Position numbers and translations under genes: made by a program. From Phoronis australis (taxonomy: Eukaryota; Animalia; Phoronida), in the NCBI GenBank assembly GCA_002633005.1, contig NMRA01000139.1, forward strand, positions 62,001 through 126,000: a DNA stretch of 64,000 nucleotides, read 5' to 3'. This document shows, piece after piece, positions 37,628-49,600 of this stretch. How positions within the stretch are numbered: position 1 is the stretch's first letter; every line of letters starts with the position of its first letter. The notes beneath the pieces were generated by a model that saw nothing but the letters and a program-made list of their open reading frames with translations, did no database searches and had not been told where the DNA came from.

Positions 37628-40600
37628 ATGGATTTGTCATCTGCTGGAGCCATTGTACTGGAGACCCTGGGGCGTGCCTGCAGTCAGGATGCCAATATAT
37701 TGAAGCCAGCCGAGGCACAGCTAAAAGAGTGGGACGCCCAGCCTGGCTTTTACACCATTCTCCTGGTAAACGAGGCCAATATATCGACGCACCATTAAAG
37801 CACATAGTTCTAATGTCATACACCTTTCTGCAGAGACGTATTTGTGTTTATCTTATAATGCTACTCGTCTCCTTTGATGATATACGAAAATACCTCGGAG
37901 AACTGTTTTGTCAAAGGTGTTAGATAAACTATCATAGGCATGTATGACTGAACACAAAGCTCTGTTTTTATAAGAATTAAACATTTCAACCAATAACATA
38001 AGATTCACTGCAGTCCAAACTGCAGTCCATGTTGAAGGCGGTCTTCATAAATTAATTTTGCCATCTGTTAGTTATTCCTTCAGACCAGGCTTGTCAGGTC
38101 AGCTTGACTCAGCTGGTCATTTTACGCACCGAGCGTGGTCTCGAGGAATGACTGTCGGCCTGTCCTGAACCCATGGATTGGGTCTTCTGTGAGAAACAGG
38201 CACGTGGAGATCAGTTTCATTATTGTAAGTGGTCTGAAATAAAATGAAAAGTTTTTGTGTTTTTTTTTTTGACTGAATACGACTGTATAGCACGTCTAAG
38301 CTTTTCCTTCTGTTTACCTGACACTGCTTGTGTTTCCAGTCGGTTTTCTCTGACCACAGCATCGAAGTGAACGTTCGTTGGCTGGCAGTGTTGTATTTCA
38401 AGAATGGAATTGAGAGATACTGGCGTAAAACGGCTCCGAGGTAAATGGATCTTTCTGGTTTTTTTCTAGTTATAGATCATTCCAAGGGCTGTTGAAAATG
38501 TGTCATTTTTTTTTCACTAGGTCTTACTGTTTTCGAATTATTCAAGACTGTCCGAGGACTGGTCTCCTATTAACTGAGTTTTTGCACCGTATCTTTGGCA
38601 TCCCTTGACGGACCTCCCTGAAATTTGGTACGTGGATAGAGCTTTTCAAGCGCTATCCATTTCGTGCTATGGCTTAACATTCTCGCGATATTCGAGATTT
38701 ACTGCTCAGATGACTGTTCATTTGTTGACTAGTTAATTATAGCTGGACTTTGTTAGCCTATCATATTTGTGCTAGAGATTGCATTTTCCGTCTGGTGGAT
38801 ATGAAATTTACTTACAATATATATTTAGTCAATAGCCTGTGGACTTTGTTCTGGACGAAATCGGACACAAGATGGCGTTGTGGTAGCTATTTTTCAAATT
38901 ATGTTTGCGGAGCTTCAGCTCCGTGATCCTTTAACCGAACTGTTTCAAATTTGGTATGTAAATAGATCTCCTTACGGGCTTTCTAATTCGTTGTTGCTGT
39001 AATAAGCATTGGGTGATGCTTGTTGATGTTCTTGGTTTCATCGTAAATTTTTATTCGATTTCACCAAGTGTCGCTCCTCAGAGCGCTTCCATTTTCGTTG
39101 TTTGTGCAAATGCAAATATCACGAGTGTGTCTTAAAGACGTCTCAGCACTTTTGATGACAACCTGTGTTTGTGGGACTAAGATGGCAGTGTTTACATGTT
39201 CCTGCAACCTGATTGGTAGGAATTACTATCTCGATTGACATGTCGGAACTGTCCATTCCTGTTTATGGTGGAAGCAATTGCTGTCATGACAGGCAAATTG
39301 TTGAAATCATCTTGTTATAGTTGATCAGCCTATTTCACATTTTTCATTTTTAGGTCGTAATTAGGTTTTAGAAATATTTCAATTGTTAGCTGGCTGTCGC
39401 TCAAAAACATAAGCCTTACTTTTCATGATTTCATTAATTTGATATTTAATTGATTAGTAATTGTGCTGGTTGACTGTTCTGTAGAGCAATTTCTGAAGAA
39501 GAGAAGACAGCGATTAAACAAAAGCTGATTTCGAGTTTCAATGAACCTGTTAATCAGGTAAGCTCCTATGCCTTCTGAACACCTTTTCACAATTACTCAC
39601 TGTAACAGATTTCCAAAGTAACTCACAGTTGTGTTTAGTAGATGTTTATTTTTACGACTTAAACAACGCAGGTTACTCATCATATGGAATGTAGGTTTGC
39701 ACTTGCTCTCATTATTTTCCGTGACAATTTGTAAAACATGCAATGGCAATAAAACATACAATGGTTTTGACTTCTTCTGGAGATCTTTACACTTGGTACT
39801 AGACCAAGTCGATACTTGTAGAAACAATGCACACCTGTCCAGCCAATAGAATTGATCGCAGTGAGCAATAGTTCTTTGGTTCTTCAGTGTGACAACTCTC
39901 TAATGCCCTATATTCATGGCTGAGTAATCATTGGGTAATCTCACTTAAGCTTACCATTCCAGGTGGCTGTCCAGATTGCGGTGCTGATCAGTAAGATCGC
40001 ACGTGTTGACTGTCCTAAGCATTGGGAGGAACTTGTGCCAACGCTCCTAGAGGGACTCAAGTGTCCCGACGAACTCGTCCAACAGAGGGTGTTGCTCACG
40101 TTCCATCACGTGACCAGGACACTGGCGTCAAAGCGACTACCACTTGACAGGAAATATTTTTGTGAGGTAAATGTTTTCTGTTCGCAGATGGAAAATAGTT
40201 ATGTAAGCTAATGAAGCTGTTTTATGCTGTTTTATGTTAGTCTCAGTACTTCATTGCTGAGCTTGCAGAATATGGCTGCATGATCCGTTCTGTATCCAAA
40301 TAATTAAGCCGACGGCCATGTCAGTATTGACTATGCACTCTGCTTTGGGTTGGCTGAAACTGGATTTGATAGGGGATTATTTAGTAATGCACCAGTGTAA
40401 CCATGACAAGACAACAAAGTATGTTTGTGGCAGAATGCCTCTAGTAAATCAGATTTGCAATAAACACCCAAGGTCTAAGACTAGTTTGTCCACTCTGGTA
40501 CTGGGCTATGGAACTATCTTGAGTCAGATGTCTGTCAGAGTTAATCTATTGGTATCGATAAACACAGGTGCCTGGGTTATCTTAATTTTAGTTTTTCTTG

Positions 40601-43600
40601 TACCATTCTGTTACAAAAGTCCAATATTTTCTTCGTTATCAGGACCTCTTTGAGAGAATACTATTGTTTTGTGAATTAATTATATTGTGACAATGTCTAG
40701 TAATACTGTAATCCATATTCGAAATGAGGAATTCAATGATTCAAACATTATGTTCCAAAGCCATTTCAGAAAAATTAGAATTAATTACGGTGGTCGTGTT
40801 TGCAAAATGCATGATCGCGTTAATATGTTCATGAGGACAATCACTCTTCGGACAAACATTGATCCCATGCATCTATTTTGCAAACTGGTTACCGATTTTG
40901 TTCTTGATTATATTTTTTGCAATGACTGATCTTGGCACTTGGCCAATACACCGTTATGAATGATCACAATTATGTTGTTGACATCATGCTACTTAAAGTA
41001 CTGTACGCATGTATGTACACTGGAAATTAGGTCAACATATTAGACAACTGCAGGGCTTGGAATTTTCCGCGGAAACGCGGATTTCCGCTTTTTTCAAACG
41101 TTCTGTCCGCGTATTTTATTATATTTCCGCGTTTCCGCGTAAAAAATCGGATTTGACATAAAATTTCCGCGGCAAACTTTCTTTCTTACCGCCGCGTTGC
41201 CGACGACTTTCACCTCGAAAAGCGGAAGTTGCTCTTTATGTTTCGGAGGCACGTACATTGTCAACATTGCCGGGGCACCTGGGATAGGAGGCACAGAACA
41301 GTTCTCACAGGGGTTTGCCTGTCAGAACACACGTCAATGCACTCTTCACCCTTTCTTCACTTAGTCAAAAACTACATGCAAATAAGGAAATGTTTGGAGT
41401 CATTTCACATCACAAGCCCTACAGATGAGCACAGAAACTTTATTCTCTCTTGTATTTTTGACCCATTCACTCCCAGTGGAAACCAAGCTGAACTAAGAAA
41501 AATGAGGGCAAAAAAATGCAAAATCGGCACTTTTCACCCCAAAATCACCACTTTCCTGCCGATGCTCGACTAAAGCCAACATTAGATTCCGAAAGCAAAT
41601 TTCCTGCCGATTCCAAAAATGTGGTCCAAAAGTACTGTCAACCAACTAGTTTTTTGCAAATCTGGCTTGTTTGAGGGCTACCTGAAATCGCGGCCAATTT
41701 CTCAGTTGCTACACAGCAATGCACAACTGCAACAGGGCGCCACCATCTTGAAGAAGAGTGCAGCTACAGCCAAGAAACTGGCCTTTTTTCATTCCCAGCA
41801 TGTTCACAAATACAACAAAAAAAACATTCACTTGGCCTACACACAATACCTAACTAAAAAATGCCCCCAAGCCTGGCCTAGCCCTAGATTTTAACATTTT
41901 GGGAGTGCAAATTGACCGTGGCCACAACCTAACTATTCAGTGCCACCATAGCGTGGTGGATTTCCTCAATTGCGGCTCGTGTGATTGTAAACTGCGGCGA
42001 CAAATACTATAACTCTGCAGCCAAAAATGTTTGGAGGCGTGAGTGGCGGACGAGCTAAGACAGACGCACGCTTTCGGAGGTGGTACCGTTTATTTTTTAT
42101 TTTTTTTTATAGTCCTCTCTCGATTTTTGTCGGCAAAAGGTTCACACCGGCTTTTTCAAGGCTACCTGCGTGCATGTTTCGGGCCGTAAAAATTTCTGCG
42201 TTTTTCGCCATTTGTCATTCAAAGCCCTGCAACTGTGATAGCATCAAAGCATTGCGGTATGAGACAACAGCTGTTATGGCTCGTCATGGCCCGTAATTGT
42301 GAGCCAGAATTAAGTGGAAAAGATTTTGCAGGCAGAATTGACCTTCATGACACGGAAGCACTATTTTGTCTGTTTTCTTTTAGCGTATACTTTATGTATC
42401 GTAGTATCATATTGTGTCAAATATTGGAGATATTGTTTCATTGCCCGAAGAGGATGAAAAAATATTGTTTGAAGGCATTGAACAGGGTTTAGGAGGGATG
42501 ATACAATTCCTTCTCCTTGTCTTTAGTATTTCCTGAAGTGTTCCTGCTTTCTGTTCCAGTTGACGTCTAACACATTTGCGTTCATTCTCTCACTGTGGAC
42601 CGGTCACTCGGACAGTGTATTCCAAGCTGTCCGCACTGGGGATGTAAAGAGGATTCAACTTGCCATGGAATACAGTCTACTGTCTCTTAAAGGTGATTGA
42701 GATGGTACACCACTCAAGTCAGGGTAGACAACCTTCCATTCTCGTGGCTTGCTCAGGCGTAATCGCTAACAGCATTCTTTTCTGAAAAATATGATTTTTC
42801 AAGAGCTAGATTTGTTGTTTTTGTGCACATGAACATATTTTCTCATGAGCCCCAACTATTTTCACTAAACTGACAGGAAGCAAGACTTGTTGCTTGGTAC
42901 AAGGTATAGGTATGTCTCATGTCTATTGAGAACAAATATGTGATTCGTTTGAAAAGAAATGTGTTTGCAAGAACAGAATTGCGGTACGTGAGAAAAGAAG
43001 AAAAGCTCATGAGAAAGAATGCTGTTGAAGATGCTTGCATGGTGCGTGAGGGCGTATCAGCTTGAGTTAGTTAAGTTTGCTGTTCAAGGAGGTTGCTACA
43101 TGTTCAGTCTCATGAACTATTCAATGTATTATGTACAGCAAGTGTCTTGAAATTGATAAGCAACACACCATTATGATGTGACTGAAGTAAGCTAGCAAAT
43201 ATTTGAAAAAAGATTTTTGTTGAAACGTTTACCCTGAATTTGGTTTTTGGGAGTCCCTTTACTACTGTTCTCGGCCGTGGAGTAAATTTGAGGTTAATAA
43301 TTTATGAAAATTCCACAGAAAGGAAACATTGAGGCTAAATTTTAAATAGGGTTCAATTTAAATTTAATTTCATGAAAGTTTGGCTGTTTTCTATTTCTAT
43401 TTCCTTCTTATCTTTATTCTTAATTTTAGTTCTTGGCATTTGCCGTTACAGATAGTGCACTGACATTCTGATGGCTGTTATTCATGTTCTATTTTTTTTT
43501 GTAAGTTTTACTCGGTGTAATTGTATTTAATAAATTATTATTTTTTGATCAGAATTGACTGTCCTCTCATTGAAATTACATAATTATGAAACTTTTGGTT

Positions 43601-46600
43601 AATTTCCTCTTGATTTGCAGTTTCCTTCACAATTTGACCATAACTTGAACAAAGCTAAAAAAAATTTCGGCAACAGATTTGATAACTTGTTGTTGAAACT
43701 AGTGTTATTGCATATTGTTCAGTAATTATGGAAAAAGGTAGCATCCCTCTGGCTTAAATGAAGTATGTCTAGTTATGTAGTCAAAACTGTTGTGTTGTTT
43801 GTGGTTTGATCTAAATAAGCATTTGGGAAATGATTTAATTTAACAATTTTGTATCAGTTTATTTAGCAGTTTCATCTTGGCCTTCATCTTATGTATGGCT
43901 TGTTGATTTCTGTCACTTTAGTCCTGAGAAAGATGATTGTGTTTGGTTTCCAAGACCTACATACGTCTACAGAGGCCGCATCATTTCTCAACACGATTTT
44001 CCAAAGAATTACAGAATTTTTAGAAATAAGTAAGTATGCTCTGATATCAAAATCTGTAGATTGGAAGTGAATATTTTCAGTAATTGTTAAGTTAGAAACA
44101 CTATTGTGATAAGGGGTCTGTTTTATGAAAAGTGACTTAACACTTAAGTCAGAAATTTGGTTTTGTGTTATTTCAGAAAAATAATTAAATCTCAGATTTG
44201 TGGGCTCTGTACTCTAATTTCTGGAGGCTCACTTGACCTACTGGCTCAGCAAGTTGCCTTGACCTGACTGGTCAGTTTACGCAATAACCATGGTCATCTT
44301 GTGCAATGACCAACTGGCAGTTCCTTCATAGCTCAAACATCACTTCACGACACCACTGAATTCAATGTGTTTAGTTCGCATTTAACAACTTGGACCTCAG
44401 TTAGAGACCCTGGTTTTCCGTTTCACTTTAAACATTTTGGAGCTCAGTTAGAGACCCTGGTTTTCTGTTTTCGAAAATGGGAAATCCGTTTTAGCAAACA
44501 TAAAATTTTTGTTTTTCGGTTTAAATTTGTAAATTAGCAAATTCGGCTTTTCTGTTTTAAAGTGATAAATAACATGAAAATGGTTTCAATTGGTAATTGT
44601 CTTAACGTTTCCCATAAATTAAGCTGCCGCTCCATTTAGCGATAACCTGCTGCATGCCGTGTTTATTATTTATTAAAACCGAGAAAATAGCTGCCACCTT
44701 CCGAAAGAATGAGCAATAACTTGAGTTAGAGTATTCAGTGTTGGGAAAAAACAACCAAAAATGTGAGAATTATGGTATCTGCTGAAATATGTAAAATTCC
44801 TTTCGAAATTTCTAATTCCATGAAACAAATCAGATTATGTCAATGAATTCCATCTGTTTCTCATTATCAAGGAAAATCAGGGTCTCTCATGGTTTCTAAA
44901 TTGTATTTCTCTGTGTTAGAAAATGTAAAACCAAGGTTTCTACCGTTACATAGTTGGCTGAAGGAAGACTAGAGACAGCGTGTCACATGGCATGGCTTCA
45001 TTAGACTTTTATCAACTGTTTCATGGTAATGTTTCAGAGTCCAGTCTTCAACAGGATTACAGAGCTCTGGAAATGAGAGAGAAGATTCTGATATTACTCA
45101 TCAAAGTGGTATGTATTGCTGGCACACGAATTTTGCATTTCATTTCGATCAAAATTTTCAGAATTAGTGTTGTGTGAGCCCATGCCGGGTTGCTTGAAAC
45201 AGTCCCAAATGGGAACTCCACTAAGTTCCCTAAATCTTTTGTGTATTTGTTTCGTTCTAGACTAACAAATTTAGCATTTTTCTGTCATTTTAATGTGAAT
45301 CATTTTCTAATAATATATTACTAAAAACTGAACCCCTAATTCACTTAAAGTAATTAGGGACTTAGTCCTTAAATTAGGGGTGTTGCATGAAAAGTTCCTT
45401 GCTTATTTTCAATATTATTGAGAATTTAACGTAGACTGCAATCTGGATTTGTATCAAAGCTAAACATTGACTTAGTAATGAGACTCGGTGAGCATAAGAA
45501 AGGACAATCAGTGTTTTCACAAGTTCTCAAATACGCAGTAAATTTAGAGAACTTAGTTGAGTCCCTATTAGGGACTGCTTCATGCAGCCGGCCACTGGTA
45601 TCCAAATATCTTTATTGCTGCTATACTTCTGGTAAAATCTTCATTTGGGTTTTGAATGAGTTCTAAGAGTTCAATAATATGATAAAGTGCCAATTGTGTG
45701 TGGCAAAAATCTCATTTGACTCTAAAATTGAGAAACGTTATTTTGATGCCGTGGCGTTTTGCACATTTGATAAGTTTTCGCAGGATACTACATTCAGGTT
45801 TATATTCTGCAGCTAATAGAAACTCAAGAGATGCATCCCGATTCCTACGTACCGTTCCTCAGTACTTCCCTAGATATCTGCGTGAGGTACAACTTCACCG
45901 AGGATGGCAAAGGTGGGTTATGATATGTTGGTGTGCATGGAAATGAACTTTATGTTTTGTTGTTAATAAGGTTATAATGGTGCCTTGAGGAGCATGGAAC
46001 TGACTGAGTTCAGGGCACTGTGTAAGCGTCAGCAGGAATTGTATGTTTACAAGACATTGCTAATGTAAAGTGGCTATAAACAGATGTTCTCTCCAAGAAG
46101 TAAACATCTAAATTCGATCTTTTAATACTATAAAACTGGTCTGAACTTGTGCCTTCCCCAGATGAGACTTTATTTCTGGGTTTGTAAAAAACTGACTGTT
46201 CGTTATTCGTTGAGAACATGCTTGGTCAGTAAAACGACATGCCGTGACTATGCCAACTTGTAGAGCCTGGTCTCAAGCAAAAATGAATTGCAAGTAATTT
46301 CGAACCCCTGAAATTGCCTCCAGTTTGACCAAGGAAAAATTTGATACCAATTTCGTAATGTTAAGTGGCTTAAACGAGAAGTTGATTTTTGTTATGGAAG
46401 CCTGGTTTGTTGCCACTCTAAGGGTTGCAGTGTTTAACCTCTGTGGTGTACTGTGGCTTAACGAAATTAACAGAGTTTTTAGTAAGTCTCTTCCAATGTA
46501 ACGTGATTTATTTCTAGTTAATGTGGAAACCATTTTGAATAATTAAGATGTAGTTCTGCCTTCCTCTTACTTTCTGACTCGTAGAATTCCATTTTAAGCA

Positions 46601-49600
46601 CCTTCTCTATTTTTCTAATTTTCCATAACAACGCAACACATTACAATGATCAGTAAATCTCTCTACTTATGTGCAAGCATTCAGAAAGTAATTCTGTCTC
46701 TGTGGCTCCTTCTTTAGTGCACATATTCACAATGGCTGCACTTGACTGGCTAAGACATCTGATTGGTTCCGGCTTTCAAACCAATCGGATGTCTTAGACG
46801 GTTGAGCTGGTCAAGTCATTCAAGTGCAACCATAGAATACAAGTTCTGTTCCCTTGATTGTATGGTTGATTTGGTATAAAGCATTGAAAACTGTAATTGG
46901 TCAACTTTATTTCAAAGTGAAAAGTTATAGTTAAATTTGTATCATGGGAAATCTGTCTTCATTTCAGGCAAAGTTTTTGAACGGTTCACAGTGGGATGCT
47001 TCAACCTGATCAAGAACATCTTGAGAAGTGAAAACTACAGGCCAGCCAAAGTGTTAGAAGGTAGTGTCTTGGTGTGGCGTCAGGGGATCAGATTTTGAAA
47101 GTTGTTGAAATGAATAGCCAAAGTGACTAAACCAATATATCGTGATGTTGTTAAAGACATGGGCAATGGTAGTTTGTATTCCATACTTCATGAACCTGTT
47201 TGGTAATTGACCTATCGCCAGGATTTTGAGTGACGGCTTAACTGACCATTTAGAACACAGCATTATTGACTCACCTTCGTTTCCAAGCCGCCTTTTTACC
47301 TGACACAACACGTTGCCGGGTAAAACTTATTGTTTGTTAGTCGACATTATGCAAGGGAGTGAGCTTACGATAGGTCAATTATTCTGCACACACTGCTGGT
47401 AAATTGAAGTGCAAGATTCGCTGACCTCGTTACCTATGGTTCGTTTCACGTCCAGCACCAGAAACTCTTAATAAGGTATTATTGGGCTGTGCTCTGCTTA
47501 TCTGCTCTGGGCAACTGGTTTCCGCTACGATGAATAAAATAAAGTGCTCACAGCAACTTTTCCAACATAATCGTGCTCAAAAATGTTCAAAATCAAAAGT
47601 TTTTTAAGTCTCAGGTGTGGTCTCACATTATTTTTTCCCATGAATTCAGAAAACATGTCCGAAATGATCTCCAATTTCAAAATTTAAAGTTGTTCCATTT
47701 TAATTAAGACAGCTAGGTTATACAATAGGTTTTATGATGGTCAGTCAGCAGGATACACAAACTCAGTTACAGAGTTAGTGTATTCACGTATTGCGTGAAT
47801 CTTGACCATTCTCTTTGTAAAGTGCAGTGCTTTTTAGTTTGCGCTCACCCTGCTTTCTAGCCTTATGTGTCTTTATTCTCTCCCCAGAAACAACCAGTCC
47901 TGTCACCCTAGAGGCAAGCAAAATCAAGATGGCGTTCTTCACACACAGCAATATGTCAGAAATTTGCCAGCGACTGGTGAAGAGTTATCTGCCTCTCACA
48001 CCCGAAGACCTGGAATGCTGGGATAGTGATCCAGAAGACTTTGGTTTGTATAGCCATTTTGTAGGCTGATGATAATAGTGTCAGAAATAGTAGTGTTATT
48101 TGTCTGTTATTCTCTGATTAATCTTATAGGATGTAAGTTGTGTTATTCGAAATTAGTGAGGCTAATACACAACTGTTAGAGTTAAAATTTTGTAAATTTC
48201 CAATTTTGCTCGTAGAGCCTGAAATGTGTTCCTCGGTATAAAGTTATTATTTGCAATGCTTAAAGCATTAGAATTGTGAAAATCTTCGCAATGAACTAAT
48301 AGGAATTTCCATGGCCTAATGAGGCAGTGTGTGTACTAGATGGATGTTCATGGAATTTTGCAGACGTGTTTATATAATGGATGGGACAGCATGAGCAAAT
48401 TTTCAGATGTTTTCAACTGCTGCTGTGCTCCCTAAGTTTTTTGCATTAACCTTGATGGATTTTCATGAAATTTGGCACGAAGGAGCTGACGACACCTTCC
48501 CATAATCATCACCTTCAATTTTCAGTTGCTGATGAAGGTGGAGATTCCTGGAAGTTTAGTCTAAGGGTAAGGCAACATTTTCAAACTCTATTTGTGTACC
48601 AAATAACCAGTATCTATTGCAGGCTACACTGATTATCTTTTTTAATGAATATTCAGTAACCCGATACAAGGTGTGCTTTATATTTTCTAATGAATATTCA
48701 GTGTCAGATACAGGCTGTGCTTCACATTTTTCTAATAAGTGTTAAGTATCGGATAGGGGCTGTGCTTCATATTTTGTAGTGAATATTTGGTATCTGATAG
48801 AGTCTGTGCTTCATATTTTCTAATGAATATTCATTATCAGTTACAGACTGCTTCATATTATCTCGTGAATATTCAGTACCAGATACAGACTTGCTTCAGA
48901 TTTTCTAACGGATGTTCAATGTCGTATAGAGACTGCTGCATTTGCCAACACAACAAAGTGAACAGGATCAAGTTTGCATGTGACCATTGAATACATTGTC
49001 ATTCAGATCAGTGATGACCGTCATCTCATGACTTTCCTTACTCATCCGAGAGAGTTGTTAACAAAGTGACCTTTCTCTGAGAGACATTTTCGCGGATCTG
49101 AGATCTGAAACGGCTTAGAAACCCTGATTCTTTTGAAAATGGAATGTGTTTTAACTGAGTCTGAACATAATCAAAGGTCCATTATCTGATATAGATGGAG
49201 TTTAGAAGGAGCGTCTCAAATTAAAAGTGGTGTTCTTTACTGAGTTCCAGCACATATATTTTTGATAAACTATTCGGTGCTTTCCAGCCTGCCACAGAGG
49301 TGCTATTCCTGACACTGTTCAAAGAGTTCCGCCTGTCCCTAGTCCCGGTATTGCTCAACATGGTGAGAGAAGCAGAGAAATTGGTGGACACACAGACAGA
49401 TCTGACCACTTTGTTGTACAAGGATGCAGGTATGACATGCGCATGACTACTTTATGAATTTTGTTATTTTTTCTCTTTATTGTCTTTCTGCGTCGCAGAC
49501 CACAGTGCTCGGTTGTATGAAACAGTCCCAAATAGGGATTCAACTGGGTTCCGGTAATCTACTGCATATTTGTGGGCCTTTGAAAATACCGATTGTCCTG

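Noticed and set aside
48066-48118. C/D snoRNA (TGATGA...CTGA)
   Set aside because: Too short (~50 nt), with no terminal stem or recognisable guide.
49033-49045. TTTCCTTACTCAT as a cryptic U12 branch site
   Set aside because: It lacks the bulged A (TTCCTTAAC), the host intron has U2-type ends, and the motif sits exactly before a D' box within a C/D structure.
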